From positions 391 to 64,390 of the IMG/VR virus record IMGVR_UViG_3300036944_001066: a stretch of DNA of 64,000 nt; one strand, written 5' to 3'. The notes beneath the pieces were generated by a model that was not told where the DNA came from, searched no databases, and saw only the letters and a program-made list of their open reading frames with translations. Below, one piece after another: positions 1 to 9,175 of this stretch; position 1 is the first letter of the stretch, and each line of letters starts with the position of its first letter. This DNA comes from a virus. Lineage: Duplodnaviria; Caudoviricetes. The position numbers were made by a program, and so were the translations under genes.

Positions 1-241
1 GAAATCCGGCCTTTGTCCCGTAGAATGTACCTCCGGTCTCTCTGAATAGCCCTGCCGGGTAGGTGCTACGCAGATAAGCCGTTGATTGGCCGGACGGCAG
101 ACTGCCGCCATCCGCCGTCACGGTTGGCGGTGCAGACATAACGCCTCTGCTACGGATATTATCTCTACGCGCCCTCCGTGCGCAGTCCAGAATGCGGTTG
201 ACTTTAGCAAAGCGTGTGGATCGGAGTTCAATGTCAGCCAT
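1..241 (-). CDS. 5' part of SGNH/GDSL-hydrolase-like protein (copy of 58385-59581), truncated by the window edge
   Basis: Near-identical to 59341-59581; ATG at 241 overlaps the upstream stop (TGATG). Confidence 0.85.
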   Translation of the reverse strand, partial: MADIELRSTRFAKVNRILDCARRARRDNIRSRGVMSAPPTVTADGGSLPSGQSTAYLRSTYPAGLFRETGGTFYGTKAGF

Positions 242-363
242 CAGGCGACCCTCTCAAGCTCGATAGTGCGGTTGCCATTTTCGGTGACGCGATTTCCGTC
301 TTCGGCACCAAATGCCCACCGAAATCCAGATGGAGCGGGGTATGGAGGCACAGGCCCACCCTT
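1..363. repeat. Left copy of direct repeat (other copy 59341-59703); may extend left of the window
   Basis: Base-by-base comparison: 8 mismatches in 363 bp (positions 83, 152, 224, 306-308, 337, 343). Confidence 0.97.
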
Positions 364-438
364 CACGGGGGCGTCACCCAGCGTCTGCGCGCCAGTGAGC
401 CGGCGCCTGAGCTTCAGTCGTGCGGCGAGCCGGCTCAT
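241..438 (-). CDS. Small hypothetical protein (65 aa); C-terminal half shared with 59581-59766
   Basis: ATGA overlap with the 435-707 stop; MSRLAARL...PPYPAPSGFRWAF. Confidence 0.7.
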   Translation of the reverse strand: MSRLAARLKLRRRLTGAQTLGDAPVKGGPVPPYPAPSGFRWAFGAEDGNRVTENGNRTIELERVA

Positions 439-707
439 TCTGCGCTCCAAACATGGGCGGCATTGCCAGCGACATTCCCGGCGACATCGACGCGCATGAG
501 CGGCAGCGCATTGTAGGATGCGATGGGGTTGCTCATGTCGATCGTGTCGATTTTGGCCCACGGCGCATCGATGTGGAGGCGGGCGAGAACGTTGAACTGC
601 ACGTCGAGCGTTTCTGCTTTGACCTGGAACGTCACAACGCCCCCGGCCGGCGCGAATGCGCTGCCCTCTTCCGAGGCTTCGACGGTGGTGGTGCGGATAA
701 CTGCCAT
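435..707 (-). CDS. Small hypothetical protein, probably virion-associated
   Basis: 90-aa beta-rich ORF coupled to the downstream genes; leader carries the late motif. Confidence 0.7.
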   Translation of the reverse strand: MAVIRTTTVEASEEGSAFAPAGGVVTFQVKAETLDVQFNVLARLHIDAPWAKIDTIDMSNPIASYNALPLMRVDVAGNVAGNAAHVWSAE

Positions 708-733
708 GGGGAACTCTCAGCGGGAGTGGACTG

Positions 734-746
734 GCACATCCAGCGC
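734..746 (-). promoter_or_regulatory. Late-leader GGA hairpin, variant GCGC-TGGAT-GTGC
   Basis: 26 nt before ATG 707; -10-like TAGAGT at 760-765. Confidence 0.65.
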
Positions 747-896
747 CTGAGATGGCTGCACTCTAACCGATGCGGCGGCCAATCTCAACGCCTTTGACCG
801 GCATGTTTCTGCTCGCAAAACCGCGTTCGCCGCTCCATTCTCACCCTCCACATCAACCACCCACCACAACCACCTGAAATCGCACCATAAACGCAA

Positions 897-922
897 CGTG
901 GGCGGCATCGCTGCCGCCCACG
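897..922 (-). terminator. Hairpin terminator after csrA
   Basis: Perfect 11-bp stem CGTGGGCGGCA/TGCCGCCCACG, followed by T-rich sequence on the minus strand. Confidence 0.6.
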
Positions 923-955
923 CTTCCCCGCCGCTCCCCTTTTGGACTGCCAGAA

Positions 956-1159
956 CTACCAATCCTCGACCGGATGGGCCGGCGTGCTCGCAACCGGCTC
1001 CGCAGGCACAACTGCGCCCGGTTTCTGAATGCGCACAACCTGCGTTTTTGGCACGTCAATTGCCAGCCGAACACGCCGGCCTGACTTCTCATGCATCGTA
1101 ATTTCCCCGATGCCTTCGAGAACCAAAATTTGTCCCATTTTCATTTCGAGGATCAGCAT
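956..1159 (-). CDS. csrA: CsrA/RsmA-like RNA-binding protein (divergent)
   Basis: MLILEMKMGQILVL...GRRVRLAIDVPK aligns with CsrA MLILTRRVGETLMI...GNQVRIGVNAPK; Bcep22-like phages also carry a head-region CsrA. Confidence 0.8.
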   Translation of the reverse strand: MLILEMKMGQILVLEGIGEITMHEKSGRRVRLAIDVPKTQVVRIQKPGAVVPAEPVASTPAHPVEDW

Positions 1160-1165
1160 CGTGCG

Positions 1166-2092
1166 TCAGCCCTGTTGCAGGTAGCGCTCGTGCGCTGCCG
1201 GGTTGGATTTTTCCAGCTTGGCAAGCTCGCGCTCGAATCCCACGCTGTCTTTCTCGGCCAGGCGATCGAGATAGGCGAATTCGCCGCCATCATCCGCCTC
1301 GCTGATATCGGACGCCGGCACGGATGCCAGTGTCGGCGGTGGCGCCGGCCGCTTCTTGAGAGCCGTTGCTGCCGCCTTCTTGTCGGTCGGCTTGGCTGCG
1401 GGTTCTGCCGGCTTAACGCCATAGGCTGCAGCGACCGTCTTCTGGATGGCCTTGTGGGCACGCTCAAGCAGCGCCGGATTGGTCGGGTTGTTGACGCTCG
1501 CCTGCAGTTTGCGCACCTCAACGTCAAGCAAACCGCGCAGCGGAGAATCCGGGCCGTATTCCGGATGAGCGGTCGTGAAAGCCTTGACCGCGCCGCCCCA
1601 GCTCTTGAGCGCATGCTTCTTCTCGATGTCGGCCGAGATCTGCTGCGTGTCGATTGCGCGCTGCTCGTCGGCAAGGGCTTCCATTTTCTGCAAAAACTCA
1701 TTGCCCAACAGTTCGCCGTCATCGAACTGCTTTGCAATCTCGGCCCGCTGGGCTTTCAGCGCCGCCGCTTTTTCCGCGATGTTTTGATGCAGGATCCAGC
1801 CCGGCACCTCGTCGTCTTCAAGGGGCTCGTCTTCTTCCTCTGCCGCATCGGGTTCGAGATCGGGCACAACTGCGGCATCGGCGACCGCCGCAGCGGCATC
1901 ACCTTCGGCCGCCTGATTGCCTTCGCCGTCATCGTCGCCGTCTTCATCGTCTGCGGCGGCGGCTGTGCCGTCATCCTCGGCGGCGCCTTCACCGCCGTCA
2001 TCGTCGCCGCCTTCGTCGTCTTCGAGCATGCCCTCGCGCTCATCGTCGGTGAGTAGCGCCAGCTCCTCTTCGGTCCACTTCTTGGCCGCCAT
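1166..2092 (-). CDS. Putative capsid scaffolding protein
   Basis: Very acidic N-terminus, coiled coil, directly downstream of the portal. Confidence 0.7.
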   Translation of the reverse strand: MAAKKWTEEELALLTDDEREGMLEDDEGGDDDGGEGAAEDDGTAAAADDEDGDDDGEGNQAAEGDAAAAVADAAVVPDLEPDAAEEEDEPLEDDEVPGWILHQNIAEKAAALKAQRAEIAKQFDDGELLGNEFLQKMEALADEQRAIDTQQISADIEKKHALKSWGGAVKAFTTAHPEYGPDSPLRGLLDVEVRKLQASVNNPTNPALLERAHKAIQKTVAAAYGVKPAEPAAKPTDKKAAATALKKRPAPPPTLASVPASDISEADDGGEFAYLDRLAEKDSVGFERELAKLEKSNPAAHERYLQQG

Positions 2093-2102
2093 GATCAATC
2101 CC

Positions 2103-4346
2103 TCATCCAAGTCCAATTTGCTCCGGTGCCGCCTGGCCGCCCGGTGCGGGTTGCTGTTGTTGTGCCTGCTGTTCTGCCATTGCCTGCTGCTGCTGTGCCG
2201 CCTGCGCTGCGCGCTGCTCGGCTTCCGTGCGCGAGACGTAACCGGCCTCGTGCAGCATGGCGTCGGCCATATCTGCGGTATTGGGGGCTATTGCCGCCGC
2301 TGCCGCTGTCTCGACGGCGGTGCGCTGCGATTCGGTGTTGACCTTGGCCGCACGCGCATCCAGTTCACGGGCGGCGGCCTCATCTCGTGCCGCCTTCGCG
2401 GTCAACGCGCGCAGTTCGGTCATGATCTGCTGCAACTGCATCTGCTGCTGCTGGCCGGCCGCCTGCTTGCGCTCGATCTGTTCCGGATCGTTCTCATCCG
2501 CATCAGGGTCCACCATGCCAGTGACCTGCCGAATGCGCTTCACCAGTTCGTCGCGGCTGGGGATGTCCATGCTTTCGACAATGAGATCGAGGCTCACCAT
2601 GACCACCTGCGGCGCAACGCCGGCAAGCTTGCCCAACAGGTCGAGCAATTCTGCCACCTGCGCCTGCCGCACGGACGCGCGCCAATCCTCCTCGGAGATC
2701 ACGTAATCGGCCTTGGAGCGCACAATGTCGTTTTCGGGCATGCCGTCGTTGATGGTCGGATATTCCGCGCTGCCACGCTGGTTCGTGATGCGGAACTGCT
2801 TTTTCTCGCCCATGAACTGCTCCATGAGGGATAGCTGCTTCTCGCCGCGCACCTGCTGGGCCAGCCGCAGATTGTCAAAAAGGTGCGCGGTGGCTAGCGC
2901 GCCTTGCTCCTGCCTGGCGGTGATAGCCACGCCGGAAACTGCATTGGTGGAGCGGCCAAGGTTTTCGTCGGTGACGCCGCCGACCTGCTGCACCATCTGG
3001 ATGTTTCGCGACATCATTTCGAGGTGGTACTGGGACAGATCGCGATCGGCGTCGATCTTCAGTTCTGATCCCTTTTTCTTGACGATCACTGCATCCGGGC
3101 GGGAAACCTCCTCAATGAACTTGTCGATATCGTCGACCGCGTCATCGTCCATGATGACCTTGTTCGTGGAGAGGATATGCAGCGCTTTCGATGCGCGCTT
3201 GTTGATGTCGATCTGGATATCGCGAATGTTGCGGATGATGCCATACGGCAAGCCGTCACGCCCACGGCGCTTGTTCCAGACCGGGGTAAACGGGAACCGG
3301 TTATGCCGATAAGGGCTTTGGCTCAACCACAGCATGCCATTCGTGGTGAACAGCGCGACGTACATGCGCATGGCGGGCTTCTTGATCACCTCGGCTTCGC
3401 CGCGCTCCACCTGGTCCAAGTGCCCCGGAGAATAGGGGTCATAGACCTCGCCCTGAAACATCCCGCCGCGCATGCGTTCCATCTGAACCGGAAGCTTGAA
3501 CCACAGTTCGATGATTCGTGTGCGCTGGCGCTGATAGCCGGTGATGTGGCTGGAGACCTGCCCGCTCTCTCCCTGCCCTTCATTCTCGATTTCGATCTGG
3601 TCCATCACCTCGTCGCCATAAGTGTCGAGGCTGTGATAGGAGTTTGCGTCATCAACGGAGCGGGAAAGAAGCGCCTTGCGCTTGGGGAACATGGCGCAAG
3701 CCACGTCCAGATCCACCCATTTGCTGCGGCCGATGTAGCGACCGTCTTCAAGATCCAGCTGCGTGGCGCTGCTGTCATAGATCATGTTGCGCCAGTTCTC
3801 ATAGCGCGCGTAAATGGGCTCTCCCTCGTCGTCACCCTGCCAGCCATCCTCCATCCAGCCGAGGCCGACCTTGGCTGCGTCTTCGAACGCACGGCTGACT
3901 TCAAACCCTGTCCTGTTGACGTCAGACAGGTATTTCATCAGTTCGGACTTGCGCCGTGCCGGCTCGCCATCTTCCTTGCGGCGCGGCAGCACCTTGAAAT
4001 CGGTTCGGGCGCGCTTTTCGCTGCCGATCACCCAGTCCAGCGTGGTCGCGACGACGTTGAAGACGAGAGGCACCTGCCCGCGATCACGCAGCACCTGCTC
4101 CTCAATTTCGGTCCACTGAATGTTGTCGTAGAAATCTTCGTCGATCGCCATGGAACGGCGGTTGTCTGCCTGCCGATCAACTTCCCGCTGCCAGATGTCG
4201 AGTAACCGACCGTGCAGGCTTTGCATCTGCGCGCTGTCGAGCTTGTTTCCCGCCAGAGGGCGTTCCATTGGGACGCCATCTGCGGGAATCGGGCTGTCGT
4301 ATTTTTTCTTGCGGACTGATCCGTCATCGGCGCGAAGGTCGAACAT
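2103..4346 (-). CDS. Portal protein (P22-like)
   Basis: 747 aa; FYDNIQW, RGQVPLVFN, SGVAITARQEQG motifs; Q-rich C-terminal barrel. Confidence 0.9.
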   Translation of the reverse strand: MFDLRADDGSVRKKKYDSPIPADGVPMERPLAGNKLDSAQMQSLHGRLLDIWQREVDRQADNRRSMAIDEDFYDNIQWTEIEEQVLRDRGQVPLVFNVVATTLDWVIGSEKRARTDFKVLPRRKEDGEPARRKSELMKYLSDVNRTGFEVSRAFEDAAKVGLGWMEDGWQGDDEGEPIYARYENWRNMIYDSSATQLDLEDGRYIGRSKWVDLDVACAMFPKRKALLSRSVDDANSYHSLDTYGDEVMDQIEIENEGQGESGQVSSHITGYQRQRTRIIELWFKLPVQMERMRGGMFQGEVYDPYSPGHLDQVERGEAEVIKKPAMRMYVALFTTNGMLWLSQSPYRHNRFPFTPVWNKRRGRDGLPYGIIRNIRDIQIDINKRASKALHILSTNKVIMDDDAVDDIDKFIEEVSRPDAVIVKKKGSELKIDADRDLSQYHLEMMSRNIQMVQQVGGVTDENLGRSTNAVSGVAITARQEQGALATAHLFDNLRLAQQVRGEKQLSLMEQFMGEKKQFRITNQRGSAEYPTINDGMPENDIVRSKADYVISEEDWRASVRQAQVAELLDLLGKLAGVAPQVVMVSLDLIVESMDIPSRDELVKRIRQVTGMVDPDADENDPEQIERKQAAGQQQQMQLQQIMTELRALTAKAARDEAAARELDARAAKVNTESQRTAVETAAAAAIAPNTADMADAMLHEAGYVSRTEAEQRAAQAAQQQQAMAEQQAQQQQPAPGGQAAPEQIGLG

Positions 4347-4370
4347 CAGGCGGTCGCCCCGCAGATATGG

Positions 4371-4802
4371 TCATCCGTCGAAAATTTCGGTCTCACGCAG
4401 CACTTCCCCTGTATCCCCGTCGAACAACGTGGCGTCGGCCACGGCATTGCGGTTGTCCGCCTGGTAGGGAGGAATTGTGAGAAGATCGCCGAGCATGTCA
4501 CAGATGAACATCGCGAGCCGAATGACGGTGCGGGGGTTTTCTGCCGAGAGGCCGAGTGTGTGCGCAAAATCCATTGCAAGCGGGGCGGATTGGTCAGGAT
4601 CTCCGATCCTATCGTCCCAAATCCAGGCGCGATCCTGCGTGATAACGCAAGGTCGCATCCTCTCGTCTTTCTCCCTGCCCGCGGGGATAAGAACCATGCA
4701 CGGACGAAAACTCTTTTCGATCCGTATCCAGGTGCCAATAGCTGTAACGCCTTCGCGCGTTTTTGTCCATTGCGCGCGTGTCAGATCTAGATCTGGTGTC
4801 AT
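4371..4802 (-). CDS. Hypothetical protein between terminase and portal
   Basis: 143-aa ORF in operon with RBS AAGGA. Confidence 0.7.
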   Translation of the reverse strand: MTPDLDLTRAQWTKTREGVTAIGTWIRIEKSFRPCMVLIPAGREKDERMRPCVITQDRAWIWDDRIGDPDQSAPLAMDFAHTLGLSAENPRTVIRLAMFICDMLGDLLTIPPYQADNRNAVADATLFDGDTGEVLRETEIFDG

Positions 4803-4823
4803 GATCGCATCCTTTTTCTGTGT

Positions 4824-6377
4824 TTAAACGACAAGGCCGCTTCTGTTGCGGCGCGTGGGGATTGTTTTCCGCCCGCCGGTGACCGCAAGGCGGCGCACCT
4901 CCTCGCGGGCCTGTGCCTTCTGGCGCAGTGCGTCGGCGGCGTGCTGGTGGCCGTTCTTCTTCGGCGTGTCGGACCACACGCCCATATTCTCGTTCCAGCT
5001 TTTGGTATAACCTTCGAGGTGGATGAGGCCGTCCTTGCAGCCTTCCTCGTCGAACACGTAGTTGACGAAATCCTCTTTGAGCGCGGGCATGGCTGCGGCC
5101 ATCAGGTCGGGAGTGCGCTCAACGATGTGAACATTGCGAAGGCCAAGGCCTTCAATCATTTGCTGGGGTGTTTCTATGACCATGGCGCCCGGGCGACGGT
5201 GCGCAGCGTCGTGCGGTAACCAGTGATGACCGTAGACGTAACCGCGCCGTTGGAACTCTGCCATGATGTACGAGTAAGGCTCGCCCGAGCACTCGAAATA
5301 GCCGATGAAATGATCCATCAGCCCCACCGCTTGGTGGAACCATATGGCGATGTCGTCGCCGACGCCGATATCCCAAAATGTGTTGACCGGCAGTTCCGGG
5401 CGATATGGCACGCGCGTGATGCGGTTCTGCTGGCGCGCGATGGAAATTTGCTTTCCGAGGATCAGGCCGTCCGTGCCAACCTTGAACGCTTCCTCGACCG
5501 TTGACGGGTGCTCCTGCCACATTTTCTCCTCGTCGTCAGAGAAGTCGTTGAGGCGGGTGGCGACATACCAGGCGCGCTTGCGCAGCGAGATCGGATGCCC
5601 GATCAGCGCCTCAAGCTCGTCGAAGTATTTGTGGTCCTTCGGCGTGATGATGATGCCTTCGGGCTCTGTCTCATATTCGTCTGCGTCCCACCAGCTGGCG
5701 AAGTGCAAACGATATTCGAGCCGCCCCAGCTTTTTGCCGAGTTCGGCATTGGCCTTGGCCGTCATCACCATGTTGTAGTAGGCGCCGGCGCGGCCTTTTG
5801 CTGTGCTTTCGATAAAGACAATGCCCTGCGCGGCAGCGGGGAGCGCACCAGTGATGATTTTCTCGGCGCGGCGCGGGCTTTCAAAGCAGATAATGCCAAA
5901 CTCGGAGACGTGCAGCCAGTTTAGCGTATCGCCGCGGGCCGATGTGGAGACCTGAATTGACGAACCGTTGGCGAACGCCTTTTCCGTCACGTTGTCCGTC
6001 GTAATCGGCACCGCCTTTCGGATCACCCACGGCAAACGCTCATACGCAAACTCAATCTTGTTGCGCATAATCTTAGACGCTGTTGATGCGTCCTGGGCGA
6101 TGATGGCCGCCTTCTGGTTCTCTTTGAACAGGCATGCGTCGAGGATCAGGATCTGGATCAGCGTCGAGAACCCGCGCTGGCGCGCCTTGGGCACAATGTT
6201 ACGGTGCCAAAGCCGCTTGAGGAGGCGTTCCTGCGCCCGGTTGGGCTTAAACAGGACTGTCTCACCATCCTTGTCGAGGATGTAATAGAGGTTACGCAGC
6301 CGCCACCACTGGTCCTTCAGCTTTTCCATAAGCTGTTGCTCAGACATGGCTGCGAGATGCTCATACATCGTCGTCAT
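4824..6377 (-). CDS. terL: Terminase large subunit
   Basis: KARQRGFST Walker A, LHVSE Walker B, ESTA, WDIG nuclease, HAADALR. Confidence 0.93.
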   Translation of the reverse strand: MTTMYEHLAAMSEQQLMEKLKDQWWRLRNLYYILDKDGETVLFKPNRAQERLLKRLWHRNIVPKARQRGFSTLIQILILDACLFKENQKAAIIAQDASTASKIMRNKIEFAYERLPWVIRKAVPITTDNVTEKAFANGSSIQVSTSARGDTLNWLHVSEFGIICFESPRRAEKIITGALPAAAQGIVFIESTAKGRAGAYYNMVMTAKANAELGKKLGRLEYRLHFASWWDADEYETEPEGIIITPKDHKYFDELEALIGHPISLRKRAWYVATRLNDFSDDEEKMWQEHPSTVEEAFKVGTDGLILGKQISIARQQNRITRVPYRPELPVNTFWDIGVGDDIAIWFHQAVGLMDHFIGYFECSGEPYSYIMAEFQRRGYVYGHHWLPHDAAHRRPGAMVIETPQQMIEGLGLRNVHIVERTPDLMAAAMPALKEDFVNYVFDEEGCKDGLIHLEGYTKSWNENMGVWSDTPKKNGHQHAADALRQKAQAREEVRRLAVTGGRKTIPTRRNRSGLVV

Positions 6378-7074
6378 CTACCGGCAAAATAGACGAATGC
6401 CCGGCGTCATTGCGCTCCTCATGAACTGGCTCGATCGTGTTGCCGGAAATTTCCCGCAGGAACTGGGCGAGCGGGGATTCCGGCGCGACGTCATGCTTGT
6501 GGTGCTGCGTGGTGCGCCATTCTGCCGGCCGGCGGTTGTACAGCCATGCCAGCGCTGCCTTTGTGTCCGGCGGCACGTGCTCGATGGTGTCTAGCCGAAC
6601 CACTTCCTTGTCGACCACGACGATCTTCTCGCTGTCGAACGAATAGCCGACGGCACGGCGGAACAGGCTTTGCTCCACCTTGGCGTCTGCGGCTTCCTTG
6701 CCCATCTCCATCGCGGCGCGGAAATCGTCGTTCTCGATCTTCCAGCGATAGAGCGTGCGCACCGAAACCTCGAAGAACTGCGCCACTTCCAGATCGGTGG
6801 CGCCAAGCTTTGCCAGTTTCTCGGCCTGGGTGATCATCTTCACGTCGAACGACGATGGCCGCCCGCCGAGGTTCTGCACGACGACTGGCAACCTTGGCTT
6901 TTTGGGCGGCTTGCGCTTGGCCGGCGCCTTCGGCTTTGCCTTGGCAACGGGCTTTTTGGCCGCCTTTGGCTTGGCGGCTTTCGTCGTCTTCTCGTCAGCG
7001 ACTGCTGGCTTCGCCTTGGCCTTTGCAGGCGCACGTTTTGGCGTCGTGGCTGGTTGTGCCTTGCGTGGCGCCAT
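6361..7074 (-). CDS. terS: Terminase small subunit with K/A/P-rich N-terminal tail
   Basis: GGRPS..HTH (LGATDLEVAQFFEVSVRTLYRW), HVPPDTKAALAWL motif. Confidence 0.85.
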   Translation of the reverse strand: MAPRKAQPATTPKRAPAKAKAKPAVADEKTTKAAKPKAAKKPVAKAKPKAPAKRKPPKKPRLPVVVQNLGGRPSSFDVKMITQAEKLAKLGATDLEVAQFFEVSVRTLYRWKIENDDFRAAMEMGKEAADAKVEQSLFRRAVGYSFDSEKIVVVDKEVVRLDTIEHVPPDTKAALAWLYNRRPAEWRTTQHHKHDVAPESPLAQFLREISGNTIEPVHEERNDAGHSSILPVDDDDV

Positions 7075-7565
7075 TAGCCGGTTCCTTTCGGGTTCGTATC
7101 CGCGCTGCAGAGGGCGGAGACGTCATGCCGGCCCCTGACGCCAGCGATCAACGCGCGAACCCGGGCAATGGCTTCGGGCGATTTCTTCTCGGGCTTGGGA
7201 GGCGCGATGGATGCGGCCTTGAGCTTTTCGCGTGCCAGATCGTTGGCCATGGTGCGGGCTTCTGCGCGGGCGAGGCTGGCAAGCTGGGCCGTCCGCGGGA
7301 TGTAATCCGGGTTGACGCCCTCGTACTCACCACGGATCAGCTTTGCGACCGTGCGCTTCAGGGCGGGGGCGGGAATGCCAGCAAGCGCGAAGGCGTAGAC
7401 GGCCGGGGCCTGCTGCGGGTCGATCGAGGATGGCAGGACCATTCCGGCGGCCAGCAACGATCTGATGGCGTCGGAAACGTCGGCGTTGGTTGCTGTCGGA
7501 AGGCGCTCAGTGCGCGCGGAAATCTCGGTCTGCGAGGTCGATTGTGGTGCCGGCAAATTCGTCAT
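7074..7565 (-). CDS. Hypothetical protein, possible replication accessory
   Basis: Follows the replication initiator with a short overlap. Confidence 0.55.
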   Translation of the reverse strand: MTNLPAPQSTSQTEISARTERLPTATNADVSDAIRSLLAAGMVLPSSIDPQQAPAVYAFALAGIPAPALKRTVAKLIRGEYEGVNPDYIPRTAQLASLARAEARTMANDLAREKLKAASIAPPKPEKKSPEAIARVRALIAGVRGRHDVSALCSADTNPKGTG

Positions 7566-8343
7566 CGGATGCTCCTGTTGGTTTGCCGTGGCGGGCGAAA
7601 GCGTCAACTGCGGCCTGGTGCCGTTGCTGGTGCGGGGTCGGCGCAGGCGGCCCGGTGTGGCGCGTCATCCCGCCCCTGTCCTGATCGCGCATCAGCCATT
7701 GCACGACGAAGGTCCGCATCCCCCTGACGGTCTTGCGTTTCTTCGGGTTGGCCAGAAGCCATTGCCGGATGCCCTGAAGCTTCAGGGGCACGTCAACGCC
7801 TGGGAAAGCCTTGGCCCATTCGGCGATGTCGGCGGCGGTGATCGCTACCTGCTGATCCTGCGTAGCCGGAAGCTCGATCACCGTCGGCGAGGCCGGGGCC
7901 GATTTCGGCTCCGGGCAAACATCCGAACGAAGTGAGGATGTATCTATGTTGTCGGTTAAAGGTGGCACGCGCGTATCACTGCATTTGCTATCCACATGCA
8001 GTGCATTTGCATTAGGCTTGCTCTTCTCGTGCTTTGCATATCGAGCATTGCTTGCCGCGCGCCGCTTCTCGATGATGTCGTCAGCCTTTGAAAGCTCGGC
8101 ATCAATGCGACGATGCTGCCAGTTCGGGCCAAACAGCATCGCCAGCACATCGCGGCTTTCGTCCCACTGCTCGGCGTTCAGTTTGGCGATGCGGGCTATA
8201 AGCCGCTCGTTCTCGGGCAGATGGCCGTTCTGCCAATAGTGCATGATCAGCAGCAGGTATGCGCCATGCTCCGTCGCCGTCAGGTGGCCCGTGTCGGCGA
8301 GGTAATCCCCGATGTGGAGTGGCATCCAGGCACGATTGCTCAC
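7507..8343 (-). CDS. DUF1376/YdaU-family replication initiator
   Basis: WMPLHIGDYLADTGHLTATEHGAYLLLIMHYW signature. Confidence 0.88.
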   Translation of the reverse strand: MSNRAWMPLHIGDYLADTGHLTATEHGAYLLLIMHYWQNGHLPENERLIARIAKLNAEQWDESRDVLAMLFGPNWQHRRIDAELSKADDIIEKRRAASNARYAKHEKSKPNANALHVDSKCSDTRVPPLTDNIDTSSLRSDVCPEPKSAPASPTVIELPATQDQQVAITAADIAEWAKAFPGVDVPLKLQGIRQWLLANPKKRKTVRGMRTFVVQWLMRDQDRGGMTRHTGPPAPTPHQQRHQAAVDAFARHGKPTGASDDEFAGTTIDLADRDFRAH

Positions 8344-8672
8344 GCTGCCCTCCTCACGATGCCAAGGTCCTCAATCAGCGCAATTGCCTGATCGAGACCA
8401 TAGGTGACGTAGAAGGGGATTCCGCGCGCGATGCAGAGAGACTGAAACTCTCTCTGCGGCCCGGAAAGCTTGCCCGTCGTCGTCTTCAGTTCAAGGTATC
8501 CGTGCAGCCGCGGCGGTCCGATCAGGATCAGATCAGGAAGCCCCGCCGTCAGGCCTGGTTGCCCGAACGCACGCTGGTTCGGGATGGCGCCGATGAACGT
8601 GCCCGGAAGGCCTATCGTGCGCCAGCGATCCACGACAGCCTTCTGAATGTCAGCCTCGCGGACATCACTCAT
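8340..8672 (-). CDS. VRR-NUC domain nuclease
   Basis: EADIQ...GLPDL...LELKT..GKLS..Q. Confidence 0.85.
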   Translation of the reverse strand: MSDVREADIQKAVVDRWRTIGLPGTFIGAIPNQRAFGQPGLTAGLPDLILIGPPRLHGYLELKTTTGKLSGPQREFQSLCIARGIPFYVTYGLDQAIALIEDLGIVRRAA

Positions 8673-9175
8673 AATGTGGATGCCTTCCTGATCGTTCTGT
8701 CCACACGCGGGCTGTAGGCAAGCCGCGCATGGTACTTGCAGTAGACGTCAACAGGAGCGGTGGAGCCGGCGCAGAACAGCATGTGCTCTTTCTCCCCGCT
8801 CACGGGCCACCTGCACTGATTGTCCTTCAGCTGGTACAGCTTCAAACGCTCGACATCGGGAGCGCCTGCATGCGGCACAGCATGAACAACGGGCGCAGGA
8901 AGAGGGGCAGCTGCAGGCTTGGGCAGGAGGCGCGGCAGGCTGTTGAACTTGTTGACCTGCCGGACGGGCGCCGGGCGCTCTACGCGCGGCACCGACGGCT
9001 TCTCGGCAGCGGGGCCACGTTCTGTGATGCCCATGCGGTGCATCTTGCCAATGATGGCATTGCGCGAGATCCCGCCCATTTCGCGGGCGATATCGCTGGC
9101 GCTCTTCCCGTCCGTCCAAAGCTTCATCGCTTTGGCGGTATTTTCTTCGTTCCAGTATCCGGTATCCATGGTCAT
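8669..9175 (-). CDS. gcrA: GcrA-family transcriptional regulator
   Basis: W....LW.DG.SAS.IA..MGGISRNAIIGKMHRMG and CRWP...FC...YC..HARLAY. Confidence 0.9.
   Translation of the reverse strand: MTMDTGYWNEENTAKAMKLWTDGKSASDIAREMGGISRNAIIGKMHRMGITERGPAAEKPSVPRVERPAPVRQVNKFNSLPRLLPKPAAAPLPAPVVHAVPHAGAPDVERLKLYQLKDNQCRWPVSGEKEHMLFCAGSTAPVDVYCKYHARLAYSPRVDRTIRKASTL

Noticed and set aside
1-363. Repeat pair as the template/variable repeat of a diversity-generating retroelement
   Set aside because: Mismatches are not adenine-specific, the repeat covers a gene start, and no reverse transcriptase is present in the window
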